Shown here: one piece after another, positions 1 to 9,428 of the stretch
How positions within the stretch are numbered: the first letter of the stretch is position 1
Layout: every line of letters begins with the position of its first letter
Origin: Dehalococcoidia bacterium
Lineage (GTDB): Bacteria; Chloroflexota; Dehalococcoidia; UBA2979
Reading direction: 5' to 3'
DNA: 64,000 bases
Assembly (NCBI GenBank): GCA_965262725.1
Contig: OZ253555.1
Span: forward strand, 928,001 to 992,000
Notes under the pieces: model-generated
What the model saw: only the letters and a program-made list of their open reading frames with translations
Told to the model about the DNA's origin: nothing
Databases searched by the model: none
Made by a program: the position numbers and the translations under genes

Positions 1-1167
1 CGGTCCCGCCGCCGAGAAGACGAGCTGGAAGGGCATCGCGACGCCGCGCACGCCGCCGAGGTAGCGGCGTCCGAAGAAGGCCGCCCAGATCACCTCCTGC
101 ATCGGCACGAATCCGGCGATCCCGGATCCGAAGGTGAGAAAGCCGAGCGCGACGAAGGGCGTGCTGCCGGCGCGGGCCGCCGGGATGACGATCGTCATCG
201 CTGCGGCGGTGGCGAGGAAGGCTGCGGCCGCGAGCAGCCGCGGCTGGATGCGCTCCGCGAGCAGGCCCCAGAACGGTCGGGTCAGAAGACCCGGCAGCGC
301 GAAGAGCGAGAGCATCGCCGCCGCGGTCGTGCGGCTGAATCCCGAGTCGGTGAGGAAGGGGATCGTCTGCGCGCCGAGCGCCGTAAAGGAGAGCCCCCCG
401 AAGCCGAATGCCGCGATCAGGAGCCAGAGCGAGGTACTCCGGATCGCCTCGCGGCGCGTCAGGGAAGTGTCATAGTCGAGCCGGGCGAACTCGGCCTCGG
501 CGGCGCTGCCCGGATCCTCCGCGCCGCGTCCGTCGGGAAGCAGCCCGTGGTCCTCCGGCTGCCTCCGCATGACCAGTGCCGCCGAGACCATGAGGATGAG
601 CGTTGCGACCGCGAGCACACGCCAGCCGGTGCGCCAGTCGTAGCCGTCGACGACGGGCGTCAGCAAGGTCGGGGTGAGGACGCCCGCGAGCGAGAGCCCG
701 GTGACCGCGATGCCGAGCGCGCGCCCGCGATAGCGGACGAACCACTTCGAGAGCACGACGTTGGCGACAAGCAGGCCGCCCAGGCCGATCCCGATCGCCT
801 GCACGACGCCGCGCAGCACGATCCACTGCCAGAGCTCGGTGACCTCGGCGGTGGCGAGAAGCGCGGCCGACGTGACGAGCCCCCCAACGATCATCAGCAT
901 GCGCCCGCCGTGGCGATCGATGAGCCCGCCGATGAGCGCGCCGACGATCGCCATCACGAACTGCGAGATCGTGAGCGCGATGATGAATTCAGTGCGCGAC
1001 CAGCCGAGGTCGTCGGTCATCGGCACGAAGAAGACGCCGGTGGAGTAGCCCTGCAGGCAGGCGGACATGCCGTTGGTGGCGAGTGCCGCGCCGACGATGT
1101 ACCAGCCGTAGTAGATGCGCCCGCGGGGCCGAGCCGGCGCCGCGCGGACCAGGGGATCGCCGCTCAC
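1..1167 (-). CDS. MFS transporter (3' end runs off the window)
   Basis: Not in the ORF track because it is truncated. Manual translation from GTG 1167 (GTGA overlap with the upstream stop) gives MSGDPLV...RIYYGWYIVGAALATNGMSACLQGYSTGVFFVPMTDDLGWSRTEF...GGLIDRHGGR, which includes MFS motif A and many hydrophobic helices. Confidence 0.88.
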   Translation of the reverse strand, partial: MSGDPLVRAAPARPRGRIYYGWYIVGAALATNGMSACLQGYSTGVFFVPMTDDLGWSRTEFIIALTISQFVMAIVGALIGGLIDRHGGRMLMIVGGLVTSAALLATAEVTELWQWIVLRGVVQAIGIGLGGLLVANVVLSKWFVRYRGRALGIAVTGLSLAGVLTPTLLTPVVDGYDWRTGWRVLAVATLILMVSAALVMRRQPEDHGLLPDGRGAEDPGSAAEAEFARLDYDTSLTRREAIRSTSLWLLIAAFGFGGLSFTALGAQTIPFLTDSGFSRTTAAAMLSLFALPGLLTRPFWGLLAERIQPRLLAAAAFLATAAAMTIVIPAARAGSTPFVALGFLTFGSGIAGFVPMQEVIWAAFFGRRYLGGVRGVAMPFQLVFSAAGP

Positions 1168-2516
1168 GGGGCGGGCGGCGCCCCCGCGGCGGGCCGCCTC
1201 GGCGCGCCGGGGGGACGGGGCGGCGTCGCGAGCAGGAAGAAGCCCGAGCCGGCGGCAGCCAGCGCCGCGAGCAGCAGGAAGGCGCCGCGGTAGCTGCCAA
1301 AGCCGTCGACGAAGGCACCGACCACGAGCGGACCGATGGTCATCCCGGCCATCGCGAAGATGTTCGCGAACCCCATGATCACGCCGAAGGCGCGCCGACC
1401 GAAGTAGTCCGCGCGGATCGACCCCATCAGCGGGCCGCGCACCCCCCACGCGAAACCGTGGATCACGGCGAACGCGAGCACCATCCAGAGCGCGTTCGCC
1501 GTCGCCAGGGTTGCCAGCGCCACCGCGTGCGCCACCATGCAGAGGGCCGCCGTGAGCCTCTTGTTGACGCGGTCGCCGATGGCGCCTCCGATCAGCATGC
1601 CCGCGGCCTGCAGCAGTGTGAGCAGCAGCACGACCTGGGAGGCGCCCTGTAGCGAGTAGCCGAGCTCCTCCGTGGCATAGGGGACGAAGTGCACCAAAAG
1701 CGCCGCGACGAACATGAGCGCGGTGCCGTGGCCCGCCGAGACGAGCCAGAAGGCTGGCGCGCGGAGCGCCTCGCCGACGGTGAAGTCGATGCCCCCCGCC
1801 GGCGAGGGCACCTCGCGCTCGGCGGCCTCCTCGGGGTCGATCCCGTCGGGATGCTCGCCGAGCTCGCCCGGGCGGTGACGCATCACGTGCACCATCGGCG
1901 CGCCGAGCGCGATCGAGAGCACGCCGGAGAGGAAGGCCGTCTCGCGCCAGCCCCAGCCCTCGAGAGCCAGCGCGACGACCGGCTGCAGGACGCCTCCAAA
2001 CGCGAAGCCCATGAAGGCGATCGCGATCGCGAGCGAACGCCGCCGCTCGAACCAGTGCACGAGCGGCACGAGGATCGAGAGAAATCCGCCCAGGGTCGCC
2101 CCGAGCGAGATGACCAGAAACGCTGCGTAGAAGCCCGCGATGCTGTTGATCTGGCTGAAGAGGATGAGCCCGGCGCCGAAGAGGAGCACGCCGACGTGCA
2201 TCACCGTCCTGGGCCCGAGTCTGTCGAGCAACCAACCCTGACCCGGCCCGGCGGCTCCCTCCACAACGCGCGCGATCGCGAAGCCACCGGCGAGCACCGT
2301 CTTGCTCCAGCCGAACTGCGCGGCGAGGAGCACGACGTAGGCACCGAAGGAGTGGAAGAAGAAGGCGCCCATCAGCGCCTCGATGCCCGCGCCGGCTCCG
2401 ACGATGCGCCAGCCGTAGAAGCGCCACGCCGCCCGGCGGGGACGCGGAGCACCGGGGCCGCGCGGCTCGCCGGCCGTCCCGGGAGCCGCTTCCCCCGTGT
2501 CCGTCATGGGAGGCAT
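1164..2516 (-). CDS. MFS transporter (OFA/MCT-like)
   Basis: FYGWRIV N-terminus, GWLLDRLGPR motif A, ADYFGRRAFG, about 12 hydrophobic segments. Start could be ATG 2507. Confidence 0.9.
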   Translation of the reverse strand: MPPMTDTGEAAPGTAGEPRGPGAPRPRRAAWRFYGWRIVGAGAGIEALMGAFFFHSFGAYVVLLAAQFGWSKTVLAGGFAIARVVEGAAGPGQGWLLDRLGPRTVMHVGVLLFGAGLILFSQINSIAGFYAAFLVISLGATLGGFLSILVPLVHWFERRRSLAIAIAFMGFAFGGVLQPVVALALEGWGWRETAFLSGVLSIALGAPMVHVMRHRPGELGEHPDGIDPEEAAEREVPSPAGGIDFTVGEALRAPAFWLVSAGHGTALMFVAALLVHFVPYATEELGYSLQGASQVVLLLTLLQAAGMLIGGAIGDRVNKRLTAALCMVAHAVALATLATANALWMVLAFAVIHGFAWGVRGPLMGSIRADYFGRRAFGVIMGFANIFAMAGMTIGPLVVGAFVDGFGSYRGAFLLLAALAAAGSGFFLLATPPRPPGAPRRPAAGAPPAP

Positions 2517-2629
2517 TGTAGATGGTGGGGTGGGAGCGCATCGGGGGCTGGCCCGCCCCGGGCGTCGCCACCACGCGGCCCCAAAACGCGATAAGCTAGA
2601 GACGGGTGCGAGGCGGTCGGAGGATGCGT

Positions 2630-3235
2630 GTGAGCGAAGGGACAGCCGCTCCGAGCGTGCTCGTCACCGACGAGGCGCTCGCGAAGCTCCAGGACGCAGC
2701 GCGGAGCTTCCCCGAGCCGATCGCGGGGATCCAGATCTCGCTGGTCGGTCGCGGGCCCGAGGGGTTCACGCACCGCCTGGCGCTCGTCGACGAGGGCGAG
2801 GAGCCCGCGGAGGACATCGCTGTCCCGCTCGACGACGGGCTCACGCTCTTCGTCGAGGCGGCCAACGTCGACTACCTCGACGGCGTGACGGTCCACTTCG
2901 ATCCGGCCGATCCGAGTTCCAACGGCTTCGTGTTCCACAATCCGAATCCGCTGTGGCGCGACGAGCTCGCGATGGAACTCCAGCAGCTCATCGACCAGAG
3001 CATCAACCCGGGGATCGCGGCGCACGGGGGCTATGTGACGCTGCTCGACTTCCGTGATCGCGTGGCCTACATCGAGATGGGCGGCGGGTGCCAGGGCTGC
3101 GGGCTCGCCGCCGTGACGCTGACGCAGGGCATCGAGGCCGCCGTGCGCGAGGCCCTTCCCGAAATCGAGCGCATCATCGACACCACCAACCATGAGGGCG
3201 GCGAGAACCCCTACTACGCCCCGCAGAAGAAGTGA
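2630..3235 (+). CDS. nfuA: NfuA-like Fe-S cluster carrier (degenerate A-type N-domain plus NifU C-domain)
   Basis: YLDGVTVHF..GFVFHNPN N-domain; INPGIAAHGG and MGGGCQGC (CxxC) NifU motif; DTTNHEGGENPYY C-terminus. GGAGG at 2619-2623 precedes GTG 2630. Confidence 0.88.
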   Translation: MSEGTAAPSVLVTDEALAKLQDAARSFPEPIAGIQISLVGRGPEGFTHRLALVDEGEEPAEDIAVPLDDGLTLFVEAANVDYLDGVTVHFDPADPSSNGFVFHNPNPLWRDELAMELQQLIDQSINPGIAAHGGYVTLLDFRDRVAYIEMGGGCQGCGLAAVTLTQGIEAAVREALPEIERIIDTTNHEGGENPYYAPQKK

Positions 3236-3245
3236 TGCGTCCGGC

Positions 3246-4826
3246 GTGACCGGGCGCCGCCTCGCCGGGGGTGAGTCGCCGCTCCCGCGGGGCCCGGGGA
3301 GGGCAGCCGACGCCCTGCTCGTCTCGACCTACGAACTCGGGCACCAGCCGCTGCTCCTGGCACAGGCGCAGGCGGCGCTCAGGCAGGCGGGCCACCGCGT
3401 GCGCTGCGTCGACCTCGCCGTCGAGGAGCCAGAGGCGCTGCTCGCCGGCGTCGTCGGCGCGGAGCTGGTGGCGGTTGCCGTCCCGATGCACACGGCGGCG
3501 CGCCTCGCCGTGGCGCTCGCGCCGCGGCTGCGCGAGGCGGCGCCGGCCGCGCACCTCTGCCTCTTCGGACTCTACGCAAGCGAGCTCGGGGAATCGTCTC
3601 CCCGTGTGGCCGCCTCCGGGTCGTCGCTGGCCTCCACCGCCGACTCGCTGGTCGGCGGCGAGTTTGAGCCCGGGCTCGTGGCGCTCGCGGATGCGATCGC
3701 AGCGCGCGCGCCGGGCGTCGCCGCCCGCTCCGTCGCGCCGCCGCCCGGGGGTGAGCCCCGCGGGCCCATCCCCGCGTTCCCGAGGCAGCGCTTCCTGCGG
3801 CCGGAGCGCTCCGGGCTCCCGCCGCTCGAGCACTACGCCCGCTGCGACACCGGCAACGGGCTCGTGCTCGCGGGCTACGTCGAGGCGAGCCGGGGCTGTG
3901 CACACCGGTGCACGCACTGCCCGATCACGCCCGTCTACGGAGGCAGGCTCCGGCTTGTCGACCGCGAAGTCGTGCTGCGCGACGCGGCTCAGCAGATCGA
4001 GGCCGGCGCGGGGCACATCACATTCGGCGATCCGGATTTCCTGAACGCGGTGCCGCACACGCTCGCGATCGTCGACGCGCTGGCGCGGCGCCACCCCGGC
4101 GTCACGTTCGACGCCACGGCGAAGGTGGAGCATCTCCTCGCGCACCGGGAGCTCTTGCCCAGGCTGCGGGATGCCGGGCTGCTCTTCGTCACCTCGGCCT
4201 TCGAGTCGACGAGCGATCACGTTCTGGCGGAGCTGGAGAAGGCTCATGTCGCTGCCGATCTGGAGCGGGTCGTGGAGGTGACGCGTCGGCACGGCGTGGC
4301 GCTCCGCCCGACCTGGGTGGCGTTCACGCCGTGGGGCGGGCTGGGAGACTACCTCGCGATGCTCGACTTCGTGGAGCGTCACGAACTCCACGGCGCTGCT
4401 CCCCCGGTGCAGTACGCGCTCCGGTTGCTGCTCCCGCCGGGCTCGCCCCTTGTGTCGCGGATCGCCTCCGCTGGCCTCCTCGACGGCTTCGATCAGGCGA
4501 GACTGACGTACCGCTGGCGTCACCCCGACCCGCGCATGGAGAGGCTAGCGGCCGACGCCGGGGCCATCGCGAGCGCGGACGCGGCCTCCCCGGCCGCGTG
4601 CGGCGCCCACGCCGGCCGGCGCGCCGCCCTGACCACCGCCGCCGTCCTCGGGGCTCTCCGCGACGCGGCCGCCAGGGCGGCCGGTGTGCCGCCTCCGGGC
4701 CCCTCCGCCGCGGACGCGTCGCCGCCCTTTGTCCCCGGCCTGACCGAGGCCTGGTTCTGCTGAGCGGAGCCCACCGCGGGGCAGTTCGCCTCGCTTCCGG
4801 ACGCCGCCGTTTCGCCCATCGTCTGA
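3246..4826 (+). CDS. CUAEP/CCAEP-tail radical SAM selenoprotein (TGA 4761-4763 read as Sec)
   Basis: N-terminal LLVSTYELGHQP (B12-binding-like domain) and a CAHRCTHC CxxxCxxC motif. The track stops at TEAWFC-TGA, but the frame continues AEPTAGQFASLPDAAVSPIV to TGA 4824-4826, giving the C-U-A-E-P tail. A SECIS-like hairpin follows the TGA. Confidence 0.88.
4764..4799 (+). promoter_or_regulatory. Putative bacterial SECIS element
   Basis: Lower stem CGGAG(4765-69)/TTCCG(4795-99), bulge CCCACC, upper stem GCGGGGC(4776-82)/GCCTCGC(4788-94), loop AGTTC with G at position 2, 19 nt after the UGA. Folded by eye. Confidence 0.7.
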
Positions 4827-4851
4827 GCCGACCCAGCGCCCCTAGCGCTCA

Positions 4852-6159
4852 TCACCCCGCGAGGCGCTCCACCTCGATACGGAGAGCGGCGTGCGCGGCG
4901 CGCAGCGCCGCCTCCACCTCGGCCGGGGTCCCGGCGCGGGCGAAGAGGAAGCCCAGGTACTCGCCGCCCTCGGGCAAGGGAACAAGCCGGCGGCCCGGCG
5001 TCACGGTGATCGTGAGACCGGTGATGCCGGCGATCCCCTCCGCCTCGGCGGTACCCGAGACCGATCGCAGGACGCCGGCGCCGGGTATCGGGATCATCAT
5101 CACGCCCGCCGCGGCGCTCTCGCGAGAGTAGCCCGCGGTGGCGGCGGGGCCGCCGACCGCGTCGCGCAGCAACAGTTCCTCAAGCGAGACGCCCGCGCTC
5201 TCGCCCCCCGACCGGGGTGGAGCGAAGCGGAGGGAGCGTGCGCAGAGTCCGCCGATGGAGCGAGCGGCGAGGTCGACCGGCCACGCGCCCGCGTCGTTCA
5301 GGCGCAGCTCGGCGTGGAGCGGCCCCTGCCGGAGTCCGAGCGCGCGTGCGGCGCGCTCAGCGGTTTTGGTCGCGAGCGTCCGCTCGTGGGCGGGCAGCCG
5401 CGACGGCGTGACGTAGATCGTCTCCTCGAAGTAGGGGCCCTCGAGCGGGTCGGGCTTGTCGAAGATCGCCAGCACCCGCAGCCGCGGCTCGCCCTCGGCG
5501 CCTTCCTCGAGCAATCCCTCGATCGCGATCTCGCGCCCTGGAATGTAGCCCTCGACGATCAGGTCGGCGCTACCGCCGCACTCGCGTAAGACCTCCGGGC
5601 GGCGCAGCAGGCCTCGCACCCGTTCCACGGCCACGGTGAAGGCGTCGGGGCCGTCGGCGCGGATCACCCCGCGGCTGCCGGAGAGGGAGAGCGGCTTCAC
5701 CACGCAGGGGTACTCCACCTGCCGGGCGAGGGTCGCGGGATCGTCGTCTTCGCGCAGCCGCCACCAGGGGGGCGAGGGGACGCCGGCCTGAGCAAGTCGC
5801 TCCCTCAGGAGCGACTTGTCGCGCGTCGTGGCGACGGCGGCGACCGGGTTCCCGGGGAGACCGAGGCGCTCTGCGGCGTGCGCGGCGATCAGCGTTCCGC
5901 CGTCGTCGACGGCGACGACCCGATCGAGATCACGTCCCGGCTCGGCGTCGGTGAAGGCGGCTATCTGCCGCGCCGCGCGCTCCGGCTCCGAGAAGTCGAG
6001 CGTCAGGAAGCGCCCGGGGAGGAGCGGTGCGAGCGCGCTCTCCGCGTCGCTCCCGACGACGAGATCGATATCGAGCTCCTTCCCGAGGCGCGACGCCGCT
6101 CCCACGAAGTCGCTGGCGCGGTAGGTCTCGCCGGGGAGCAGCAGCAGCATGCGGGTCAT
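4852..6159 (-). CDS. ATP-grasp domain-containing ligase
   Basis: RDKSLLRERL, YPCVVKPLSLSGSRGVIRAD, IVEGYIPGREIAIEG, GPLHAELR, DLAARSIGG. ATG 6159 has a GGAGG RBS. Confidence 0.88.
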   Translation of the reverse strand: MTRMLLLLPGETYRASDFVGAASRLGKELDIDLVVGSDAESALAPLLPGRFLTLDFSEPERAARQIAAFTDAEPGRDLDRVVAVDDGGTLIAAHAAERLGLPGNPVAAVATTRDKSLLRERLAQAGVPSPPWWRLREDDDPATLARQVEYPCVVKPLSLSGSRGVIRADGPDAFTVAVERVRGLLRRPEVLRECGGSADLIVEGYIPGREIAIEGLLEEGAEGEPRLRVLAIFDKPDPLEGPYFEETIYVTPSRLPAHERTLATKTAERAARALGLRQGPLHAELRLNDAGAWPVDLAARSIGGLCARSLRFAPPRSGGESAGVSLEELLLRDAVGGPAATAGYSRESAAAGVMMIPIPGAGVLRSVSGTAEAEGIAGITGLTITVTPGRRLVPLPEGGEYLGFLFARAGTPAEVEAALRAAHAALRIEVERLAG

Positions 6160-6278
6160 GGTTCCTCCCGGAGGCGATCGTACGCCGCCTGAGTGCGCTA
6201 CCCTCCCGGGCGACCCGCCGCGAGTGCCGACGGACGGGTGGAGAGGCGCGAGCGGGCGGGCGCGGAGAGGGTGGGCAG

Positions 6279-7499
6279 ATGGATTGGGCCGACAGCGCCA
6301 GCGAAGCGACGTTCCGCTCCGAGGTGCGCGCGCTGATCGGGACCAGGCTGCCCGCCTACTACCGCGACCGCTCCATCCAGCTGCGTCGCCGCACACATCG
6401 CCCGTGGCAGGGTGACCGCATCGCTCCGGAGCAGGAGCGACGCGAGGCGGCGCAGGCGTGGCGCGAGGCGCTCGTCGAGCGCGGGTGGGTGGCGCCGCAC
6501 TGGCCGACGGAGTACGGCGGGGCGGGGCTCACCGTCCGCGAGCAGTTCATCCTCAACCAGGAGATGGCGGTCGCCGACGCGCCGGACATCGGCGGGCTCG
6601 GCACGCAGATGATCGGCCCCACGCTGATCGTTCACGGCTCCGCCGAGCAGAAGCGCCGGCATCTGCCGGAGGTGCTCGCCGGACGCGTGATCTGGGGGCA
6701 GGGCTACTCCGAGCCAGGCGCGGGCTCCGACCTCGCCTCGCTCCAGACGCGCGCCGTCCGCGATGGCGACGAGTACGTGGTGAACGGCCAGAAGATCTGG
6801 ACGACACTCGCGCACCAGGCCGACTGGCTCTTCGTCCTGACGCGAACCGACATCGACGCGCCCAAGCACCGGGGCATCTCGCTGCTCTTGATGGATCGCG
6901 GCACGTCCGGCATCTCGATCCGGCCGCTTGTGAACATGGCGAACGAGCACATCTTCAACGAGGTCTTCTTCGAGGGCGTGCGCGTTCCGGCCGAGAACGT
7001 GGTGGGCGAGGAAAACAGGGGCTGGTACGTTGCGATGACCCTGCTGGACTTCGAGCGCTCCAACGTGGCGGGCGGCGTGAGGGCCCAGGCGCAGATCCGC
7101 CTCATCCTCGCCGAGGCCAGCGAGCGGGAGGCGGCCTCCGGCCGAAGTCTCGCTCCCTCCGTGCGTGCGCTGCTCGCCGATCGCTACATCGACACCGAGG
7201 TCGTGCAGCAGCTCTCGGCGCGCATCGCCTCGATCCAGGCGGGAGGCCTCGTACCGAACTACGAGGCCTCGATGGGGAAGCTCTTCGCCTCGGAGCTCTC
7301 GCAGAAGATCGCGGTCGCGATGGCGAAGGCACTGGGTCTCTTCGGGCAGCTCACCGGCGCCGACGAGCCGCGCACGCCGCTCTATGGCTTCGTCGGCTAC
7401 CAGTACATGGAGTCCGTCTCGAGCACGATCCGCGGAGGAACCTCCGAGATCCAGCGCAACGTCATAGCCACCCGCGGCCTCGGCTTGCCGCGCTCGTAG
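6279..7499 (+). CDS. Acyl-CoA dehydrogenase family protein
   Basis: WPTEYGGAG, QGYSEPGAGSDLASL, NGQKIWT, FNEVFF, TIRGGTSEIQRNVIA. True start MDWADS at 6279. Confidence 0.93.
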   Translation: MDWADSASEATFRSEVRALIGTRLPAYYRDRSIQLRRRTHRPWQGDRIAPEQERREAAQAWREALVERGWVAPHWPTEYGGAGLTVREQFILNQEMAVADAPDIGGLGTQMIGPTLIVHGSAEQKRRHLPEVLAGRVIWGQGYSEPGAGSDLASLQTRAVRDGDEYVVNGQKIWTTLAHQADWLFVLTRTDIDAPKHRGISLLLMDRGTSGISIRPLVNMANEHIFNEVFFEGVRVPAENVVGEENRGWYVAMTLLDFERSNVAGGVRAQAQIRLILAEASEREAASGRSLAPSVRALLADRYIDTEVVQQLSARIASIQAGGLVPNYEASMGKLFASELSQKIAVAMAKALGLFGQLTGADEPRTPLYGFVGYQYMESVSSTIRGGTSEIQRNVIATRGLGLPRS

Positions 7500-7550
7500 G
7501 CGCCCGCGGCACCCCTCCGCGCGCGCGTCTTTCTCCGCGCCGCGCGCCTC

Positions 7551-8282
7551 TCAGGGAGCCGGCGGCGCGGGAGAGCGCAGCTGGCGCCACGCAGCCCCGG
7601 CGATCGCCCCGGCGCCGACGAGGGCGAGCGCGGCCTCCGCGACGCCCCAGCCGCTCCAGCCGGTCGCGGAGAGCGGAGTGAGCGCGAGTCGGAGCAGCGC
7701 GACGCCGCCCACGAGCGCGAGCGCGGCGACTCCCGGCCGCCAGTGCCGCCAGCTGAGCAAGAGCGCACCCATCAGGGCGAGCAGCAGCACTCCCTCGATC
7801 GCGGGCGTGGCGAGCCTGGTGTCGGCGAGCCCTGACATCGCGAAGCCCAGCGGCGGCTCCGCGCGCGCGCCCCAGCAGGCGTCGCGCACCGGGCAGCTGA
7901 GGTCGTAGGCGGCGACCGCGAGCGCGAGTCCCGTAGCCCAAGCCGTCGCGAGGGGCCAGCACGCGGCTCTCCCCGCCCCCCGCGCCGCCCACGCGAGCAC
8001 GGCGAGCGTCGCGGCCGCCCCCCACAGCGGCTCGATCCCGCCCTGGATACGGATCGCAACCATGGGGTCGAGGAGCGTCTCCGGCGACTCGGCGACCAGG
8101 TAGCCGAGACGGCCGACCACGACGAAGACGATCACGGCGTCCGAGTAAAGGGAGCCGACGGGCGCGCGGGGGAGCGCGATCAGGGCCGCGACGCGCGGCG
8201 CCGCGAGCCAGAGCAGGAGTACGACGACGACGAGCGAGACGAACTCGCCGCGCGGGTATACGAAGTCGAGCACCTCGCTCAC
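7551..8282 (-). CDS. Membrane protein distantly resembling prolipoprotein diacylglyceryl transferase (Lgt-like, degenerate)
   Basis: Multiple TM helices. VVGRLGYL...IRIQGG and SCPVRDACWG..PPLG..TRLATPAIEG echo the Lgt GRxxY, GG, GCxxxGCCYG and RHPTQLYE motifs. Translationally coupled to the upstream TlpA gene. Confidence 0.55.
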   Translation of the reverse strand: MSEVLDFVYPRGEFVSLVVVVLLLWLAAPRVAALIALPRAPVGSLYSDAVIVFVVVGRLGYLVAESPETLLDPMVAIRIQGGIEPLWGAAATLAVLAWAARGAGRAACWPLATAWATGLALAVAAYDLSCPVRDACWGARAEPPLGFAMSGLADTRLATPAIEGVLLLALMGALLLSWRHWRPGVAALALVGGVALLRLALTPLSATGWSGWGVAEAALALVGAGAIAGAAWRQLRSPAPPAP

Positions 8283-8884
8283 GGCACCGCCGCGGCGCTG
8301 ACCAGCGCCTCCTCGATGAGGACCGCGAGCCGGGACTCCGAGATTGGGCCGACGTGCGTCGCGGTGAGGCGTCCCGCCGGGTCGATCACGAAGGTCATCG
8401 GCAGGCCTCGGACGCCGTAGGCGCGGGCGAACGAGCCGTCGTCGACGGCCTGCGCGTAGAGGAGACTAAAGCGCTCGGCGAAGTCGCGCGCGGAACTCTC
8501 GGAGTCGTTGCGCACGACGCCGAGGAAGGTGACGCGCCCCGGATCGGCCGCCTCGTGGGCGCGCCTGAGCGCCGGCGCCTCCTCGCGGCACGGCGGGCAC
8601 CAGGAGGCCCAGACGTTGATCACGGTCGCGCGACCCGCGAAGTCCCGAGAGCTCACGCCGGTAGCGTCGCCGCCGTCGAGCAGCGGCAGGGCGAACGCGG
8701 GGGCCGCCTGGCCGGAGAGGGGGCCGCGCGGTGCTCCCGCCTGAGCGCCCTTCCCCGCCAGCACCGCGAGCACGATCGCGGCCGCTCCCAGCAGCAGCCA
8801 GGCCAGCCGCCTCGCGCGCTCCGCATCGCCGGGCGGAGCCGGCGTGCTGCTCTCACCGTCCGCGGGGTTCTTTGACTCACTCAC
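8279..8884 (-). CDS. Membrane-anchored TlpA/ResA-like thiol-disulfide oxidoreductase
   Basis: N-terminal TM, APAFALPLLDG, INVWASWCPPCREEAP, YGVRGLPMTFVID. Start uncertain (GTG 8884 or 8944). Confidence 0.9.
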   Translation of the reverse strand: MSESKNPADGESSTPAPPGDAERARRLAWLLLGAAAIVLAVLAGKGAQAGAPRGPLSGQAAPAFALPLLDGGDATGVSSRDFAGRATVINVWASWCPPCREEAPALRRAHEAADPGRVTFLGVVRNDSESSARDFAERFSLLYAQAVDDGSFARAYGVRGLPMTFVIDPAGRLTATHVGPISESRLAVLIEEALVSAAAVP

Positions 8885-8919
8885 GGGCTCGACCGCGCAC
8901 TCTGCCGGGCCGCCCGGCC

Positions 8920-9312
8920 CTAGATGCCGAGCCGGCGCCACCACCCGGGCGCGCGCTCGCCCTGGGGGTGGTCATCCCCTGCGTCGCCGCCGAACGGAAT
9001 GCCGTGCCGGCGCAGGAAGGGACCGATCTGTCCGGGGTTGGGCTCCGTGAGCATCGTGCCCCGGTCGACGGCGCGCGGGCCGCGGTTCCCCAGTTGCTCC
9101 GGCTCCTTGATCGGATCGATGCTGTCGTCGGGTGCGATCACGAGCGTGGGCACCGACTCGTGCCCCGTCCAGCCGACGACCTTCGCGTAGGCTTCCTCGT
9201 CGCGCTCGATATCCAGCTCGACGTAGGAGAGGGGGTGCTCGTCGACCCACCGGCGCCAGCGGTGCATGTCGGGGCAGAACGAGGATCGTGCGTAGACCAC
9301 GAGTCGCGCCAT
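8920..9312 (-). CDS. Glutaredoxin-like protein (single-Cys CPDM site)
   Basis: MARLVVYARSSFCPDM...YVELDIERDEEA...WTGHESVPTLVI shows the Grx fold with the cis-Pro VPT motif. ATG 9312 has GGAGGGGAG upstream. Confidence 0.75.
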   Translation of the reverse strand: MARLVVYARSSFCPDMHRWRRWVDEHPLSYVELDIERDEEAYAKVVGWTGHESVPTLVIAPDDSIDPIKEPEQLGNRGPRAVDRGTMLTEPNPGQIGPFLRRHGIPFGGDAGDDHPQGERAPGWWRRLGI

Positions 9313-9396
9313 CGGCTCCCCTCCGTCCAGCCGCCGACCGCAGCGTAGCGACTCGCACTGATCTACGCGCGGTGTCCCGGTCGCCGCCCCGCGCCG

Positions 9397-9423
9397 TACG
9401 ATTGAGTCCCGGAGGAAGGGAGG
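9397..9423 (+). promoter_or_regulatory. Putative -10 element (TACGAT) and strong RBS of the small selenoprotein gene
   Basis: TACGAT at 9397-9402; the same hexamer lies upstream of the ATP-grasp, amidohydrolase 17663 and Lhr genes. GGAGGAAGGGAGG at 9411-9423 ends 5 nt before GTG 9429. Confidence 0.5.
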
Positions 9424-9428
9424 TCGCC

